Below, piece after piece: positions 57,896-64,000 of a stretch of DNA of 64,000 bases. The stretch spans positions 127,038,001 through 127,102,000 of the forward strand of contig OX597819.1 in the NCBI GenBank assembly GCA_951406725.2. Direction: 5' to 3'. Positions within the stretch are counted from its first letter, which is position 1. Each line of letters starts with the position of its first letter. This DNA comes from Octopus vulgaris. Taxonomy: Eukaryota. The translations under genes were made by a program, and so were the position numbers. Below the pieces are notes generated by a model. That model was given only the letters and a program-made list of their open reading frames with translations, searched no databases and had not been told where the DNA came from.

Positions 57896-58257
57896 TTTTC
57901 TTTCAGGATTTTTTCTCTCTTAATATTTTTGCTTGTTTTCGATAGAAAGGGGAAGCGAGAGAGAGAACAAGGGAGAGAGAGGGAGGGAGAGAGAAAGAGA
58001 GTGAGAGGGTGAGAAGGAAAGTACAAAGTTGTAATGTTCATATATTTCTTAAGTATAAATGTAGTAAAAAAACGTACTGCCTTCATTTGAACCTTGTTCT
58101 CTCAGTAATGGAAACACATTTGCTACCAAGCTGCTGAGTTACTGATAGAGTAAGTTTAAACATACCGTGGATATCATGGACCAAACTGACCCCAATGATT
58201 AAAATATTGGGCTAGATATATTTCATAAATTATAATTCAAATTGCACTGAAATGTAT

Positions 58258-58316
58258 AGTCTACTGATGAGCTCATAAAAAGGTTAATTACCAGAATGTG
58301 TGAAATAGTGTGGGCT
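58258..58316 (+). ncRNA. Degenerate type I hammerhead-like motif
   Basis: agtcta-CTGATGA-gctcat...atgtgt-GAAA-tag-TG-tgggct. Stem I pairs using GU, but position 17 is G. Confidence 0.45.
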
Positions 58317-58395
58317 CAGAGTTAGTTTACTTCAATGTTATTTCTGATTCGCTATTGCATTAAATTTGATGACACTCAATAAATATTTCTTAGTT

Positions 58396-58762
58396 CGCCA
58401 GACTTCACGGTCCATCATAGAATTACGGAGGTCCTGTTGCTGGATACCTGTATCCCTGGAGATTACATCAGGGTAGGAGAGTGTGCGCCCTCTGGTATCG
58501 CGAGCAGATGGCTTCCAGAGGAGAATTGCCTCGTTTTCAGCTCTACAACAATGTCCAGCAAACTGGACTCTCCTACCTTTCACAAGAGATGATCCAGGTG
58601 GTAGTTTCCCATATATTTGTACTTTGGTTGGATGACGCTTCCACGAGAGATTTTGAACTCTCATAAGGAGGCGAGTGTAAATTCCACCCAACCGCCTCTC
58701 AAGCTTTTTTGATAACGTCCAGGTTTCTGAGCCATATAGTAGAACTGGTTCGACTGTGGCTT
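58396..58762 (-). mobile_element. RTE-like LINE 3' fragment
   Basis: ATVEPVLLYGSETWTL...RRVQFAGHCCR...MMDREVWR. Confidence 0.88.
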
Positions 58763-58869
58763 AACAACACTGTCATAAGCATTCGGCCCAGATCTAAATC
58801 ATAGAAAAATAAGCAACTATTGAAATGTATGCCTATTGTCTGACTCGTATATTAACATTTATTACTGTA

Positions 58870-59450
58870 AGGTGGCAAACTGACAGAAGCGTTAGCACAC
58901 CGGTTAAAATGCTAAGTGGCATTTCGTCCGTCTTTAGGTTCTCAGCTCAAATACTGCCGAGGTCGAATTTGCCTTACATCCTTTCGAGGAGGGGGGAGAG
59001 GAGAATATAAGAGCCAGTTGAGGAATTCTGAGACCCCCTTCGGTCACGACACTGACCATGGGATTCCACCTACAAAGATACCCTCCCAGGTACAAGTCCG
59101 GGCAAGGTTGTTTATGGAAGACCAGCGGTCGCCCATACATACCAGACTCCCCTCTCCACGCCACCAGTGTTATCCAAGGGAAAGGCAAAGGGGCCGATAC
59201 AGCTTGGCACCTGTGACGTCGCAACTCATTTCTACAGCTGAGTGAACTGGAACAACGTGAAATAAAGTGTCTTGCTCAAGAGCACAATACGCAGCCCGAT
59301 CCGGGATTCGAGCTCACAACCTCACGATCGTAAGCTCGACGCTTTAACCACTGAGCCACGCGCCTTCACAGTTGAGGAATAGGTTCGATTTAATCGACTG
59401 ACCCATTTCTTTCAAATTGTTGGCTTTGTGCTAAAACTTGAAACCAATAT
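58870..59450 (+). mobile_element. Old SINE family A copy split by a nested SINE
   Basis: Head at 58870-59026; the remainder resumes after 59369. Confidence 0.65.
59027..59368 (-). mobile_element. tRNA-derived SINE (family D, V-domain-like) with 12-bp TSD
   Basis: Head ggcgcgtggctcagtggttaaagcg, motif cttgagcaagacacttta, and TSD cagttgaggaat at 59015-59026 / 59369-59380. Confidence 0.88.
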
Positions 59451-59795
59451 TGTTACTATAGAAAAACGAAACAAAAACAAAATCAAAATACTTAGGACAG
59501 TTTAAGTAACTGTATTCTGGCTACTATTATTTTCTGTAATTATGACTGTAAAGTGCTAATTGTACCAGAAGCCTCTTCTCTTCCAACCCTTCTCTCTTAC
59601 CTACAGTATCTTCTTCATATTCAATTCACTCTAAGTCTACATCTTACGTAATTCAGATCGGAGCAGCAATAAAACCGGATGTTTAAACTTTACACGCATT
59701 CTTGATCTCTATGTACCTATCCTCACTGTCATTCTCCCTCCCTCTCCCCCTCTCTCTCTTATTATATGTGTAAACATATACATATGTATACATAT

Positions 59796-59826
<31 letters not shown>

Positions 59827-59859
59827 CATACCTACCTACCTACCTACCTACCTACCTAC

Positions 59860-59901
<42 letters not shown>

Positions 59902-59902
59902 G

Positions 59903-59933
<31 letters not shown>

Positions 59934-60236
59934 CTGTGAATATGTGTTTGTATACATGCATCCCTCTCACTCAGATTAAACAATGGCTTCATTCACGCAA
60001 CACTTGTTCTCACTCGAATTCCACCATTCACTCGGCAATATTTCGTCTTACCCAGTCGTTCATATTCTCGCTAGCTGCCTTGTTCTGCTGTCAAGATTCG
60101 TACCTATACACACAGGCGTGGGTAGATCCCCATACACATGTACACATACACTGGGTGCAAATACAGAACACATCAGACCCATACACATTTTTCTCCTCAA
60201 CTACTCTCACTCTCTCGCACACGTGACACGTGCACA

Positions 60237-60735
60237 GTGTGTATGTGTGTGTGTGTATGTCTGTATATGTGTGTGTATGTCTGTATGTGTGTGTGTGCCT
60301 GTATGTGTGTGTGTGCTTGTATGTGTGTGCCTGCATGTGTGTGTGCCTGTATGTGTGTGTGTGCCTGTATGTGTGTGTGCTTGTATGTGGGTATGCCTGT
60401 ATGTGTGTGTGCCTGTATGTGTGTATGCCTGTATGTGTGTGTGCGCCTGTATGTGTGTGTGTGTTTGTATGTGTGGGTGCCTATATGTGTGTGTGCCTGC
60501 ATGTGTGTGTGTCTGTGTGTGTGTGTGTGACTGTATGTGTGTGTGCCTGTATTGTGAGTGTGTGCCTGTATGCGTGTGTGTCTGTATGTGTGTGTGCCTG
60601 TATGTGTGTGTGTGTGCCTGTATGTGCGTGTGCCTGTATGTGTGTGTGTGTGCCTGTATGCTGTGCCTGTATGTGTGTGTGCCTGTATGTGTGTGTGTGC
60701 CTGTATGTGTGTTTGTGCCTCTATGTGTGTGTGTA
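60237..60735. repeat. (TG)n-derived minisatellite with recurring gcctgta
   Basis: Seen directly in the sequence. Confidence 0.92.
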
Positions 60736-61675
60736 AACATGTATGTATGTATATATGTATATATATGATACAGGCGACGTAAACAAAGAAGCGTTAGAGT
60801 GTTCTGAGATATTTTTTCTTCTTCGAGATGTTAAGATAAACACTTTAGACAGAAACAAACAAAATAATACGTATTAATTGCTTGGTTCTAAACCAGGAAA
60901 ATCAGCTTCCTCTCTCTCTAAATATTAATCTGAAAAGAGTGAGAAGTTTCGCGATGATATCAAACTAATGAAACATGTCTGTCTGCGAAGATACTTGATA
61001 ACGGAAGGAAGGTATCAGCATAGGTTTTGCGTGGGATTATTTTAATATATAAATAAAAGAAGACAGTTACGGTCTTGTTTCTGTACGGAGAGAGAACAAC
61101 AATGCTGAGACCTAATGAAAATTGTAGCTTGGTTTTATTTTATTTATCTTATTTTATATGTATATTTTTTTTTCAGATTAGAAAGCCAGAAAGTTTGCGG
61201 TGTTAATGGTGTTTGTATAACGAAAATAAACTTATTCCCGTAAAATTTTTATTGCGAAGAAGTGAGTGTTATCAGGCAATAAAGAAGAAAAAAAGGCAAC
61301 AAAAATACAATAAAAAACAATAAAATCGGTAAACACTTGAACATTTTAGTAAAATATGTTGGATTTAAGGAAATATTTTATAAAGATACATACGAGTGAA
61401 ATATGTTTATGATATTTAAAATACCATAAATAATTGTTTATCATCGATTCAGCTGTGACATAGCAGACGTATGATCAACAATGCTCAAGCAATGAACTTG
61501 TCTTTTCTTTCTTTCTTAGGGGGTGTGGAGCCTACATTAAATTGCCAGGCTTAGCTTTCGGTCGTCTTATAGAATCGTAGGGGCGCCATCTGACAAGCTG
61601 TGTGACTCAGATATGCTAAATTTGGCATGGCCTTTCCTGCTCCAAGTCCGACAGCCAATTTTTCAGGGAGATAGG

Positions 61676-61721
<46 letters not shown>

Positions 61722-61789
61722 TCCCAGTATTGGGCTTATTCATTATTTCATTGAGCCCCAAAATGTTGACTCTGATGGACTTTGAACCT

Positions 61790-62019
61790 ATTTCTTTACT
61801 ACCCACAAGGAGCTAAACACAAAGGGGACGAATAAGGACAGACAAACGGATTAAGTCGATTATATCGATCCCAGTGCGTAACTGGTACTTATTTAATCGA
61901 CCCCGAAAGGATGAAAGGCAAAGTCGACCTCGGCGGAATTTGAACTCAGAACGTAACGGCAGACAAAATACGGCTAAGCATTTCGCCCGGCGTGCTAACG
62001 ATTCTGCAATCTCGCCGCC
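61790..62019 (-). mobile_element. SINE family A, full length, with TSD ttgaacct
   Basis: Complete from head to tail; flanks at 61782-89 and 62020-27. Confidence 0.9.
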
Positions 62020-62869
62020 TTGAACCTGTAGAACAGAGAGGCGGAGCAAATATCACAAGGTTTTTTAATCGATGCTCTAACGAATGTGTCAATTTGCTGC
62101 CTCAGTACTACATTGTGTACAGTGTTGCTCCATTTTGAAGAGAGTTTGAGTGTGATCTGAGGGAAATTTGGCTACTATTTTCATGCGTTTGAGATACAAT
62201 GAAAAGAACCCCACGAGGGCATACTTATAATGGTAGTGACATAGGAAATTCTATCCAAATTACCTTCTACATGAAGAACATATGGTTAATTACAGAGTAC
62301 CAAAGATATTTAATCAATTAGAATCGAATAGTAATGAGGAAATAAGTTATTAGTGTTAATGAAAATTACTCCTAAAAATGTCAAAAAAAAAAAATAAAAA
62401 AAGAGGACGTTCCCGACAGTTCAATTGAATAACAATTAAACAATAATAGATGACGGATGGATGTAGAATACTGTTGGCTGCGGAAATGTTTTCTTGTATG
62501 AATTCAGTAGAACGAAGAGAAAAAAAAAATTTATACAGAAAAATACAAACATTAATCCTGAAGAGGATGAGAGATGGATAACAACAAAAAGCATACAGGC
62601 ACATCTACAAACACGGTAGCATGTATATGTACATAAGGCACACACACACACAAACACCCACGCACGTACACACAAATACACACACGCACGCACACACAGA
62701 CACACATACACACGCGTGCACTCATATAACTATATGAATAAAATATAGATATTTCTCGGTAGTAATACAGAACATAATTTGTATAAAAGGAGTAGCGAGA
62801 GCTCAACAAATATGCAAAAGATAGATTTAGTGCAATTACAAATGTGTGTATGTGTGTGTGTGTGTGTGT

Positions 62870-62913
<44 letters not shown>

Positions 62914-62924
62914 TACAGCTAATA

Positions 62925-63355
62925 CAAATATGTATTTAAAAATCGCTTTGTACAGATCGAATGATTCTCTGTTGTCGCAACCGACATGAACTGACCTCTC
63001 CCCATCACATACGACTTGTAGCAGATGTTTTCACGCGAAACTTCTCTGATGGTGCACTCTGAAACACTGAGGTTCTTTGAAATGGCTCTTGTTGACTTTC
63101 CGGGGTTTTTATCGATTATTTCTTGAACTTTTTGCACAAAGTTCTGCTGGCATTAGGAGACAATAACTTTCAGAAGGTGAGCTATCTCTCTATCGCTCTA
63201 CTGTTATGTTAAGCCAACGATTACAGCGTGCCTTTTTTGTTTGGTGAGTTAATCTGATTGCTGACATTATTTATCTGGAAAGAAAGGCAAAAAACAAAAC
63301 GTTAGAAGAAAGAACTTTTGAAAGAGGTAACCTAAAAAAAAAACGACCCACCCTG
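62925..63355 (-). mobile_element. Tc1/mariner (maT-like) transposon 5' relic
   Basis: TA followed by CAGGGTG terminus on the minus strand; HTH-like KVQEIIDKNPGKSTRAISKNLSVSECTIR. Confidence 0.65.
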
Positions 63356-63465
63356 TATAGCCTTCCATCAATCCACATGAATGTATGTTTGTATACACAT
63401 ACATACATACATACATACATACATACATACATACATACATACATACATACATACATGTATGTATG

Positions 63466-63514
<49 letters not shown>

Positions 63515-63847
63515 ATATATACATGCGCACTCACATACGATCTCTCGGATATGAACGCTGAGGTCTACATCCAACTCATCAAAAGCTGTGAGTGATATAT
63601 TTTCTTATCTCCCATCCACGAAGTTTTATCGTGTTTGAATACGACCGTCTAAAGTCGTGTATTACACATTTTATATAAGAATGGGTTTGACCTATAAAGT
63701 TCAACTGCATACGAACAAATAAATGTTTGTGGGTGTTTGTGTGTGTGTGTGCGTGTGTGTTTGTATGTATGCTTGAGCGTGTACGTGTGTGCGTGATATA
63801 TAATTCATTATAGTGTGTGAATGTATATATGAATATGAAAATGCGAT

Positions 63848-63888
<41 letters not shown>

Positions 63889-64000
63889 CTGTGAGTGTGT
63901 GCATGCGTGTGTATGTCTGCCTATCTGTACACACAGACGCATACACAGACACACACATACGCATGCACACACACACATATATGTAGATACAGGGTGCGTA

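Noticed and set aside
61150-61270. Possible exon (polypyrimidine-CAG ... GTGAGT)
   Set aside because: All three frames contain stops and no partner exons were identified; a non-coding exon cannot be excluded.
63989-64000. TA-CAGGGTG, a possible transposon TIR start
   Set aside because: Cut off by the window edge and too short to support.

Overview
Eukaryotic, AT-rich DNA saturated with microsatellites, with no supportable host protein-coding gene. The SINE families and the (TA)n/(CA)n/(TATG)n load suggest an octopus-type cephalopod genome; this is inferred from recall, not from a search. Almost all listed ORFs are translations of simple repeats. The real content is decayed transposons: an RTE LINE with C-terminal C2H2 fingers, relics of R4/Dong-, Tx1-, Penelope-, mariner-, Tigger- and maT-like elements, MITEs, several tRNA-derived SINE families and a 1.6 kb tandem duplication. 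The most notable signal is a set of type I hammerhead ribozyme (HHR) motifs in short non-coding elements, most of them next to (TA)n tracts. These include a near-identical 134-bp tandem array with one HHR-like fold per period (53557-54690), an HHR-variant trimer (55988-56614), a near-canonical HHR (35260-35304), a 189-bp perfect fold-back carrying HHRs (42419-42850) and several other fold-backs near a Penelope GIY-YIG relic. Together they resemble a Penelope-mobilised, retrozyme-like system. Structures and coordinates were derived by eye, and no activity is demonstrated.
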